24,000 bases of DNA from Candidatus Scalindua rubra (GTDB lineage Bacteria; Planctomycetota; Brocadiia; Brocadiales; Scalinduaceae): the NCBI GenBank assembly GCA_001723765.1, contig MAYW01000029.1:1-24000 (forward strand), written 5' to 3'. Below the pieces are notes generated by a model. That model did not search any database, had not been told where the DNA came from, and saw nothing but the letters and a program-made list of their open reading frames with translations. The position numbers and the translations under genes were made by a program. Positions 8,150 to 15,471 of the stretch are shown piece by piece; the stretch's first letter is position 1; each line of letters opens with the position of its first letter.

Positions 8150-8178
8150 TTGACATTGTGTTTTCATTTGTTAAATTA
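8150..8178 (+). promoter_or_regulatory. Putative promoter of the small redoxin gene
   Basis: TTGACA (8150-8155), 16 nt, TAAATT (8172-8177). The RBS AGGAGG lies at 8200-8205. Confidence 0.4.
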
Positions 8179-8209
8179 CACAGCCAAATATTTTTAATTA
8201 GGAGGTATT

Positions 8210-8410
8210 GTGAAGTATATTTATACAGCGCCTGAATGTCCAAAGTGCGAATCCCTAAAGGAAAAGTATAAAGCACAAAGTATAGAGTATATTGAAAGAG
8301 ATGCAGAGAGACTCAAAAATCCCTCACACGGTAGAGACAATGTTGATGTTGAGGCATTTGTGCAGCTATCAATGCAGAACATGATTTTGCCTGTAGAAGT
8401 AGATAAATAG
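8210..8410 (+). CDS. Small glutaredoxin/NrdH-like thioredoxin-fold protein (CPKC motif)
   Basis: The ORF is 66 aa with a GTG start after a strong RBS. The N-terminus reads KYIYTAPECPKCESLKEKY (beta1-CxxC-alpha1 pattern). It is divergent from nrdJ. Confidence 0.55.
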   Translation: MKYIYTAPECPKCESLKEKYKAQSIEYIERDAERLKNPSHGRDNVDVEAFVQLSMQNMILPVEVDK

Positions 8411-8454
8411 AACCCAAAATTTTCCTCGTTGCAAAAGCATGATTCTGGGTTCTA
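8408..8454. terminator. Possible bidirectional terminator hairpin between convergent genes
   Basis: A 9-bp stem, TAGAACCCA (8408-8416) / TGGGTTCTA (8446-8454), has a large loop (29 nt). Confidence 0.3.
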
Positions 8455-8480
8455 TTAGGGATTTGCCGAGTATTAAATAG

Positions 8481-9566
8481 TTACAATATTAACATGCAAT
8501 CTCCATAGCTATAAAATCTATAGCCGTAGTTTATGGCTGCTTCATAGGAAGTAGTGATATTTTCCTTTCCTGCAAAAGCAGACACTAGAAGGATTAATGA
8601 TGTCCTCTGCAAATGAAAGTTTGTTATTAGTGAATCTGTTAATTTAAACTTAAAGGGTGGATATATAAACAAGTTTGTCCATCCTGAACTTTCTTTTATT
8701 TTACAATTTCTGGCTATAGTCTCTAGCACTTTGCATGTTGTTGTTCCGGTAGCAATAATTTTCTTGCCAAGTGATTTTGCTTTATTAATTATGCTTACGG
8801 TTTCTTTAGGAACAATATAAAATTCCTTGTGCATAGTGTGCTTTTTGAAATTCTCTTCATTAATAGTTTTGAAAGTTCCTAATCCAACGTGTAAGGTTAT
8901 ATAAGCGATTTTTATTCTTTTGTTAACTATTTTTTCTAAGAGGCTGTTTGTAAAGTGAAGGCCAGCGGTGGGAGCAGCAATTGCTCCCATTTTTTTTGCA
9001 TAAATAGTTTGATAGCGTTCCATATCATGTATCCTTAATGACTCATTCTCAAAATTTCTCTTTATGTACGGTGGCAACGGCATCTGGCCTGAATTTTTTA
9101 AGATATTTGTAAATTCCTTTCCGTTTTCAAATTTTATTATCCGACTTCCTGTCTCATTTTGACATACGATTTTTCCTTTTACAGAATATGGAAGGCTAAA
9201 GCCTTCCGCTACATGATGATCGTTGAAAAACAAGGATTCATTTTCCTTTAGCCTACTATTGGATTTTAAAAGCATTTCCCATATTCCATCTTCAATTTCT
9301 TTTATTATTAGAGCTTCTATTTTTCCACCCGTTGTCTTAAAGGCTATTATCTTTGCTGGTATTACTTTCGTGTCGTTTAGCACCAAGACATCTCCAGGAT
9401 TTAAATATTCAATGATTTCGAAAAATCTTCTGTGTTCAATTTTAGAGCTTTTTCTGTGAAGTACTAACAAGCGTGATTCATCTCTTTTAGCAATTGGATG
9501 TTGAGCAATAAATTGTTTGGGGAGATCATAATCATAGTAAGACGTTTTGGACGAATCTGAATTCAT
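8481..9566 (-). CDS. queA: S-adenosylmethionine:tRNA ribosyltransferase-isomerase
   Basis: YDYDLPKQFIAQHPIAKRDESRLLVL, LVLNDTKVIPAKI and MPLPPYIKR are hallmark QueA motifs. Length is 361 aa. Confidence 0.9.
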   Translation of the reverse strand: MNSDSSKTSYYDYDLPKQFIAQHPIAKRDESRLLVLHRKSSKIEHRRFFEIIEYLNPGDVLVLNDTKVIPAKIIAFKTTGGKIEALIIKEIEDGIWEMLLKSNSRLKENESLFFNDHHVAEGFSLPYSVKGKIVCQNETGSRIIKFENGKEFTNILKNSGQMPLPPYIKRNFENESLRIHDMERYQTIYAKKMGAIAAPTAGLHFTNSLLEKIVNKRIKIAYITLHVGLGTFKTINEENFKKHTMHKEFYIVPKETVSIINKAKSLGKKIIATGTTTCKVLETIARNCKIKESSGWTNLFIYPPFKFKLTDSLITNFHLQRTSLILLVSAFAGKENITTSYEAAINYGYRFYSYGDCMLIL

Positions 9567-9725
9567 AGTTTTTCCACTTAATATCTCAAATTTTGTGTAA
9601 AAAATTTTTTAAAAACTTTTATTTGTGATTATACAATATGTTGTTGTTTATTTAAAATCAGTATTAAATATAGTAAAAAGAAGGTTATTTCAAGTTTAAA
9701 TATAAAAAAATATAATAAAAAATAC

Positions 9726-9753
9726 TTGACAAAGGCGAGAAATGGTGTATTTT
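9726..9753 (+). promoter_or_regulatory. Putative dcw (mraZ) promoter
   Basis: TTGACA (9726-9731), 16 nt, TATTTT (9748-9753), preceded by a very AT-rich UP-like region. Confidence 0.4.
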
Positions 9754-9762
9754 CCTATAAAA

Positions 9763-9788
9763 ATGGTGAAAGATGGGTAGAAATGGGG
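9763..9788 (+). promoter_or_regulatory. Putative MraZ operator: three direct repeats with 10-bp period
   Basis: ATGGTG (9763), ATGGGT (9773) and ATGGGG (9783) lie between the promoter and the mraZ start, with a fourth ATGGTG at 9742. They resemble the TGGGN direct repeats at 10-bp spacing bound by E. coli MraZ. Confidence 0.45.
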
Positions 9789-9798
9789 AACAAAAATC

Positions 9799-10260
9799 AT
9801 GTTTACGGGAAAACATCTACATACTATTGATGATAATAATCGATTAGCCATACCTTCTTCTATGAGAAAAAGTGTTGATGAAAAAAAAGAAGGGAAGGGG
9901 TTTTTAATAACACCAGGGTTAGATAAATGTCTTGCCATATACCCTCCACTTCATTTTAAAGAAATAACAAAAAAACTATCAGAACTTATGTTTACTAATC
10001 AAAAGGCGCGAAATTTTCAGCGCCTTTTTTTTTCAAGGTCAAGTAGTTTTGTTACCTGTGACAAACAGGGAAGAATTATTATACCTCAAATGCACAAGGA
10101 TTATGCCGGTCTTAAGAAGGAAGTCGTTATAGTTGGTGTAATGGATAGGATCGAGATATGGGACTTACAACGCTGGAATGAATACGAAGAAGATCATGAG
10201 CAGAATTTTGAAAGAGATGCAGAAGATCTTTTTCAATTGGGTTTTAGCCCGAATAAATGA
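9799..10260 (+). CDS. mraZ: Transcriptional regulator MraZ
   Basis: MFTGKHLHTIDDNNRLAIPSSMRK... with a second half ...CDKQGRIIIPQMHKDYAGL (two SpoVT/AbrB-like repeats). Length is 153 aa and it is the first gene of the dcw cluster. Confidence 0.9.
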   Translation: MFTGKHLHTIDDNNRLAIPSSMRKSVDEKKEGKGFLITPGLDKCLAIYPPLHFKEITKKLSELMFTNQKARNFQRLFFSRSSSFVTCDKQGRIIIPQMHKDYAGLKKEVVIVGVMDRIEIWDLQRWNEYEEDHEQNFERDAEDLFQLGFSPNK

Positions 10261-10311
10261 GAAAATCCACCAGTTTCATAAAATTCTGTAAAATGAGCGA
10301 ATATTTTATCA

Positions 10312-11232
10312 ATGATTTTTTTTGATGATGAGCAGCCTCCACATAAACCTGTTATGCTTGGTGAAGTCATAGACTTTATCAGGCCGGGTGTGGGGGACGT
10401 CATAGTTGATGCAACAGTTGGTGCAGGAGGACATAGCTGTGAGATATTAAAAATGATAGGGTCTGATGGTCTTTTAATAGGAATAGACAAAGATGCTGAA
10501 ATACTGAAGATAGCACATAAATATTTATCGAGGATAAGTAAATCTTATAAATTATATCATGCTGATTATACAGACTTAAATTACATACTGAGTGAATTAA
10601 AAATTAGTAGGGTTCAGGGCATTCTCCTGGATCTTGGAGTTTCATCATTGCAGTTAGATTCCTTGGAGCGCGGTTTCAGTTTTAGTAAGGAAGGACCTTT
10701 AGACATGAGAATGGACAGATCAAAAGGTCTCACTGCTGAAGAGCTATTAAAAAAGCTTTCACAAAAAGAAATGGAAGACATCTTTTGGAGATATGGTGAA
10801 GAAAGATGGTCCAGAAGCATTGCCAGGACTATTTCGCAAGAAAGGAGAAGGGGAGGAAATATAAAAACAACGACCCAATTAGCAAAGATTGTCGAAAAAG
10901 CTTTATACACATCAAGAAAACTTCCGAAAAAAAGAAAAATTCATCCTGCCACACGAGTGTTCCAGGCTCTACGTATAGTAGTAAATGATGAGTTAAAGAG
11001 TCTAGAGTATTTCATAAATAATGTACATGAGTTCTTGGCGAGTGGTTCAAGGATTGTTGTTATATCCTTTCATTCTCTTGAAGACCGCTTGGTCAAAAGA
11101 GCCTTTCTTAAAGGTCAAACTACGTCTAGTTTAAAAATATTAACAAAAAAACCGTTGAGATCCCATGACTCAGAGATAAGAGAAAATATTAGATGTAGAA
11201 GCGCTAAACTCCGAGCAGCAGAAAGGACATAA
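10312..11232 (+). CDS. rsmH: 16S rRNA (cytosine1402-N4)-methyltransferase
   Basis: HKPVMLGEVIDFI, DATVGAGGHS, DLGVSSLQLDSLERGFSF and SFHSLEDRLVK are RsmH/MraW motifs. Confidence 0.9.
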   Translation: MIFFDDEQPPHKPVMLGEVIDFIRPGVGDVIVDATVGAGGHSCEILKMIGSDGLLIGIDKDAEILKIAHKYLSRISKSYKLYHADYTDLNYILSELKISRVQGILLDLGVSSLQLDSLERGFSFSKEGPLDMRMDRSKGLTAEELLKKLSQKEMEDIFWRYGEERWSRSIARTISQERRRGGNIKTTTQLAKIVEKALYTSRKLPKKRKIHPATRVFQALRIVVNDELKSLEYFINNVHEFLASGSRIVVISFHSLEDRLVKRAFLKGQTTSSLKILTKKPLRSHDSEIRENIRCRSAKLRAAERT

Positions 11233-11235
11233 CTT

Positions 11236-11424
11236 ATGAAGGTTTATAGATATGTTTGCATACTCGTAGTTATTTTAGTAATGACAATATTTACTATCTC
11301 AGAAGATTCGAGGGTAATAAAGATTGGGTATGAAATTACAGAAATGGAGAAAGAGTTAAAAAAATTATCAGAAGAAAACAAAAAAGTTAGCACTCAAGTC
11401 AGACAAATTGAAGACTTACGATAA
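11236..11424 (+). CDS. ftsL: FtsL-like small bitopic division protein (possibly truncated; continuation in +1 frame to 11551)
   Basis: It occupies the position between rsmH and ftsI. It has an N-terminal TM helix (YVCILVVILVMTIFTI) followed by a coiled coil (EMEKELKKLSEENKKVSTQVRQIEDL). The +1 frame continues DKISLKVKDMKLNLIISDGYKDITIV... Confidence 0.55.
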   Translation: MKVYRYVCILVVILVMTIFTISEDSRVIKIGYEITEMEKELKKLSEENKKVSTQVRQIEDLR

Positions 11425-11690
11425 GATATCTTTAAAAGTAAAAGATATGAAGCTGAATCTGATTATTTCAGATGGTTATAAAGACATTACTATTGTAAAA
11501 ACGCCTCAAGAACAACCGAACAAGAATCTTCATGGAAAAATTGAGACGTAGACTATAGTAAGTTAAGGTAATATTTTTTTAAACCAATTGTTGTAAAAGT
11601 GCATAATGTTAAATAGAAAAAAAAATTCCTAGCTGTTTTAGAATCAGGGCGAACATATTATATATTTGCATTTTTATAATATTCTCTGCA

Positions 11691-13343
11691 TTGCTCTATC
11701 AGCTTATTCGCATTCAAATCCTTGACTACAAAAAATATTCCTCATTAGCTTTTTCACAACAATTCAAAAAATTAGATATTCCCACGAGAAGAGGGCTTAT
11801 TTTTGATAGAAACGGGGTCAAATTAGCAGAATCAATTCAAACGAATTCTGTCTTTGCAGACCCTTTCTTAATAAAAGACAAGAAGAGGACCTCTCAAGTT
11901 ATATCTAATGTGCTTCAGTTAGATAGTGCAAGAGTCCTGAATCTATTAAATAAGAAAAAGAGATTTGTATGGATAAGAAGGAGGATAACAGATAAACAAG
12001 CGGATGCAATAAGGGAATTAAATCTTAAAGGTATTGGTTTTAGGCATGAGAACAAAAGGGTTTACCCTTACGGAAAACTATGTTCTCATGTGTTGGGCTT
12101 TACTGATGTAGATGAAAATGGCTTGGAGGGTGTTGAAAATTCACTCAATCATATCCTTTCAGGAAATAAGGGTTATAAGGTAATCGAAACAGACGGTCGC
12201 CAACGACAATTTTCTACATTAGATGAAGAAACTGTTTCGGCAAGATACGGTAATAGTGTCTTTTTAACAATTGATTGTGAAATTCAGTCCATAGTTGAAG
12301 ATGAGCTTGAAGATGCATGTTTGAAATGGCGAGCAAATTCAGCCACTGCAATTGTAATAGACCCTTCAACAGGTGAAGTATTAGCAATGGCTAATTACCC
12401 TGCATTTGATCCAAACTTTGTACAGAATTCTAAGCCACATGAAAGACGTAATAGGGTAATTACAGATTGCTTTGAACCAGGTTCATTGATTAAACCCATA
12501 ATCGTATGCGGTGCGCTGGACGGTGGCTTAGTGAAAGAAAATGAAATGTTTTTTTGTCATAACGGTAATTATAGAGTTAGAAAAAGGGTTATCAGGGATG
12601 TTCATCCATACAATTATCTAACCGTATCCGAAATAGTAATTAATTCGAGCAATATAGGAATGGCACAGTTAGGGATGCTTATGGAAAGAAAGAGATTATA
12701 CAACCATTTGAAGAATTTCTCTTTTGGTGAGAAGACAGGAATACAATTACCTGGTGAAGCTAGGGGTATAGTAAGACCCTTAAGATTATGGTCTACTGAT
12801 TCAGCAATTTCAGTTGCTTTTGGCTATGAGACGGCAGTTACACCTATGCAGTTATCGACAGCTTTCTGTTCGATTGCTAATGGTGGGATGTTGTTAAAAC
12901 CACAAATTATCCATGCAATAACTGATTACTCAGGTAAAAGGGTAAAAAAGAAATTTGGGACCGCTGAACGAATTAGGCGAGTTATCACTCCAAAAGTATC
13001 AAGAGAAATAATGACGCCTATATTGGAGAATGTTATAAAGGAAGGAACGGGGAAAAGAGCAGGGCTTTTAGCGTATAGGATTGCGGGAAAGACTGGTACA
13101 GCCAAGAAATTACGAAGGGTTGGGGGTAGAATGGAGTATTCTAATAATAAATATGTTAGTTCTTTTGTTGGATATGCGCCTGTGAATGATCCAAGAATAT
13201 GTGTGCTGGTATCTTTGAACGAGCCTAAAAACGGCGCTTATTATGGGGGTACCGTAGCTGCGCCAGCAGTGAGAAATATCATAGAAAGGGCACTTCATTA
13301 TATGCGAGTGGAATCACAGCATGTACAGGTAGCTCAGAAATAA
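11691..13343 (+). CDS. ftsI: Peptidoglycan D,D-transpeptidase FtsI (class B PBP); true N-terminus probably starts at ATG 11606 in another frame
   Basis: SxxK is present (GSLIKP), SxN (SSN in INSSNIG) and KTG (AGKTGTA). The dimerisation-domain sequence lies upstream. The membrane anchor is only recovered by joining frames at the A9 run 11617-11625. Confidence 0.85.
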   Translation: MLYQLIRIQILDYKKYSSLAFSQQFKKLDIPTRRGLIFDRNGVKLAESIQTNSVFADPFLIKDKKRTSQVISNVLQLDSARVLNLLNKKKRFVWIRRRITDKQADAIRELNLKGIGFRHENKRVYPYGKLCSHVLGFTDVDENGLEGVENSLNHILSGNKGYKVIETDGRQRQFSTLDEETVSARYGNSVFLTIDCEIQSIVEDELEDACLKWRANSATAIVIDPSTGEVLAMANYPAFDPNFVQNSKPHERRNRVITDCFEPGSLIKPIIVCGALDGGLVKENEMFFCHNGNYRVRKRVIRDVHPYNYLTVSEIVINSSNIGMAQLGMLMERKRLYNHLKNFSFGEKTGIQLPGEARGIVRPLRLWSTDSAISVAFGYETAVTPMQLSTAFCSIANGGMLLKPQIIHAITDYSGKRVKKKFGTAERIRRVITPKVSREIMTPILENVIKEGTGKRAGLLAYRIAGKTGTAKKLRRVGGRMEYSNNKYVSSFVGYAPVNDPRICVLVSLNEPKNGAYYGGTVAAPAVRNIIERALHYMRVESQHVQVAQK

Positions 13344-13381
13344 TTTATTGGGGAGGATTTTATTAAGGAGGGAGGTGATAT

Positions 13382-13469
13382 ATGGTCAAAAATGCTGGAA
13401 GGTAGGTACATCAGTGGGTGATGTATTGATACCCTATGCTGCCCAAAATTGGGGGTAGTGTAGGGTATC
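13382..13469 (+). promoter_or_regulatory. Mini-ORF with very strong SD followed by two hairpins (possible intra-operon attenuator/terminator)
   Basis: AAGGAGGGAGGTGAT (13366-13380) precedes ATG 13382 (MVKNAGR*, stop 13403-13405). Hairpins follow: TACATCA-gtggg-TGATGTA (13407-13425) and GATACCCTA...TAGGGTATC (13428-13469). Confidence 0.3.
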
Positions 13470-13506
13470 GTTTAATAATTGTAATATTATTTAAAAAGGA
13501 AATATT

Positions 13507-13743
13507 GTGACAGAAAAAGAATTAGAGAAACATAATTTTCTTACATGGTGTAAATATGCTACAATTGAGGAAATTGAAAAGGCAAAAGGGGAAAACAATC
13601 AGGCATTGGAAAGGCTGTATAATGAATATGCAGATGAAATAGAGGTAATAAGTAAAACAAAGTGTCTCTATGAATCTTTCTCACAACATAATCATAGTAT
13701 AGGGATACAAAAGTTTGATCTTTCTTTAAAAATTTCAAGATAA
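13507..13743 (+). CDS. Hypothetical protein (78 aa), orphan ORF between ftsI and murE
   Basis: The open frame has a GTG start after AAGGA. The protein is acidic with no recognisable motifs, so coding status is uncertain. Confidence 0.35.
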   Translation: MTEKELEKHNFLTWCKYATIEEIEKAKGENNQALERLYNEYADEIEVISKTKCLYESFSQHNHSIGIQKFDLSLKISR

Positions 13744-13759
13744 TAGCCATGGCACTATA

Positions 13760-15211
13760 ATGAAATTGAGTACATTAGTTCGCCATTTAGATTCAAAAGG
13801 AACATACAACTTTAGTGATGTTGAAATAATTGGTGTTACAAATGACTCTAGAAATGTGAAACCTGGTTACCTTTTTGTTGCGATTAAGGGATATAAAACA
13901 AATGGACATAATTTCATTGAAAAATCTCTTGAACGTGGTGCAATTGCTATTGTTAGTGAAAGAAAATACTGTCTTAGTCAAAAGATTCCTCAAATAATCG
14001 TTTATGACTCAAGGAAAACACTTTCCAATCTAAGTTGCAGTTTTTACAATAACCCATCTCAAAAAATTAATGTTATTGGGATAACGGGTACAAATGGTAA
14101 GACAACTACGGCTTTTCTAACCAAGTTTATACTTGAATCGGCAGGATATGAAACGGGATTAATCGGAACGATTAATTATCAAGTAGGAAAAAGAGTCATT
14201 CCCGCACAAGAAACGACACCTGAATCAGTGAAACTTCAAAGTCTCCTCGCAGAAATGGTAGCTTCAAAGATAAAATACGCAGTGATGGAAGTATCCTCCC
14301 ACTCGACTGCTCAACACAGGATTGAGAATATTAACTTTAAAACGGCTGTCTTTACTAATATAAGTACTGAGCACATGGATTATCATAAAACGATATCAAA
14401 TTATATGGATGCCAAAATAGAATTATTCAAAAATTTAAGAAGAGACTCTTTTGCAATATTAAATGCAGATGATGAGTATAGTAAATATTTTTCTGATAAA
14501 ACAAGAGCACAAAAAATATGGTTTGGAATAAAGAATAATGCTGACATAAAAGCTGAGATATGTAGTGAATCCATGAGTAATATTGTGATTAAGATGATCT
14601 ATTTAGGGAATAAAATAGATATTAAAATACCTTTTATCGGTTTACATAATGTTTATAATGTGCTTGCCTCTGCTGCAGTTACACTTTCACTTGGATTTGA
14701 ATTAGACGCAATAAAAAATGGTATTGAAACTGCGCCTGTTGTACCCGGGAGACTAGAAAGAATACCTTGTGAACGCGGTTTTGAAATTATTGTTGATTAT
14801 GCTCATACCCCACATGCCCTCGAAACTGTATTGCATGCGCTTAAGAATTTGGTGAAAGGCAGGGTAATCCTTGTTTTCGGTTGTGGAGGTGATAGAGATA
14901 AAGAAAAACGTCCAAAGATGGGAAAAATAGCCGATGAAAATTCTGACATTTTTTGGATAACAAATGACAATCCACGTTCAGAGGACCCGGCAAGAATAAT
15001 CGAAGATATCAAGGTTGGAATAAAAGCAGGAAGGCCATTTCACGTCCAGATGGATAGATATAAAGCAATAAAAGAGGCGCTAGATGAAGCAGAAAAAGGT
15101 GATCTAGTACTGATTGCAGGAAAAGGTCACGAAAAATATCAAGTAATCAAAGATGCGAAAATCCCTTTTGATGATAAGGAAGTAGTCAAAAATATACTCT
15201 CAAGATATTAA
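13760..15211 (+). CDS. murE: UDP-N-acetylmuramoyl-L-alanyl-D-glutamate--2,6-diaminopimelate ligase
   Basis: The P-loop GITGTNGKTTT, DYAHTPHALE and the MurE-specific DNPRSEDP motif are present. Length is 483 aa. Confidence 0.9.
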   Translation: MKLSTLVRHLDSKGTYNFSDVEIIGVTNDSRNVKPGYLFVAIKGYKTNGHNFIEKSLERGAIAIVSERKYCLSQKIPQIIVYDSRKTLSNLSCSFYNNPSQKINVIGITGTNGKTTTAFLTKFILESAGYETGLIGTINYQVGKRVIPAQETTPESVKLQSLLAEMVASKIKYAVMEVSSHSTAQHRIENINFKTAVFTNISTEHMDYHKTISNYMDAKIELFKNLRRDSFAILNADDEYSKYFSDKTRAQKIWFGIKNNADIKAEICSESMSNIVIKMIYLGNKIDIKIPFIGLHNVYNVLASAAVTLSLGFELDAIKNGIETAPVVPGRLERIPCERGFEIIVDYAHTPHALETVLHALKNLVKGRVILVFGCGGDRDKEKRPKMGKIADENSDIFWITNDNPRSEDPARIIEDIKVGIKAGRPFHVQMDRYKAIKEALDEAEKGDLVLIAGKGHEKYQVIKDAKIPFDDKEVVKNILSRY

Positions 15212-15255
15212 AGTATTAGTGTTGTGACCTGATTTTTGCGCCTTTTTTAGTTTTC

Positions 15256-15447
15256 CTCAGTAGTGTCCGGTTAGGTTTTTGCATGCGCTGCTTTTGTCAT
15301 ACCCGAATGCTTCCCCGTTTTCACGAGGACAAGTTTATCGGGTATCTAAGAGGTTCGTTCATCCTAGATTCCCGCTAAAAAAATGCGGGAATGACAGCTT
15401 TGGGACAATAAATAAAACACGCAAAAACCTAACCGGACACTACTGAG
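15256..15447. mobile_element. MITE-like element, 192 bp, with perfect 27-bp terminal inverted repeats
   Basis: CTCAGTAGTGTCCGGTTAGGTTTTTGC (15256-15282) is the exact reverse complement of GCAAAAACCTAACCGGACACTACTGAG (15421-15447). Internal hairpins include ATACCCGA...TCGGGTAT and GATTCCCGC-taaaaaaat-GCGGGAATG. Confidence 0.75.
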
Positions 15448-15471
15448 TATTCCTATTTAAAAGACGAGGAT

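Noticed and set aside
8035-8209. A cobalamin riboswitch or other structured leader upstream of nrdJ
   Set aside because: The region is extremely AT-rich, with no B12-box-like element and no stable helices visible. The NrdR-box/promoter interpretation fits better.
6725-9459. Antisense ORFs inside nrdJ and queA (6725..6925, 7847..8080, 9223..9459), and similar antisense or overlapping ORFs inside plsC, rsmH, ftsI, murE, mraY, ftsW, murG/murC and murB
   Set aside because: These are shadow ORFs opposite or overlapping strongly supported genes. Their composition is low-complexity Ser/Phe/Ile/Leu-rich, typical of antisense frames in AT-rich DNA.
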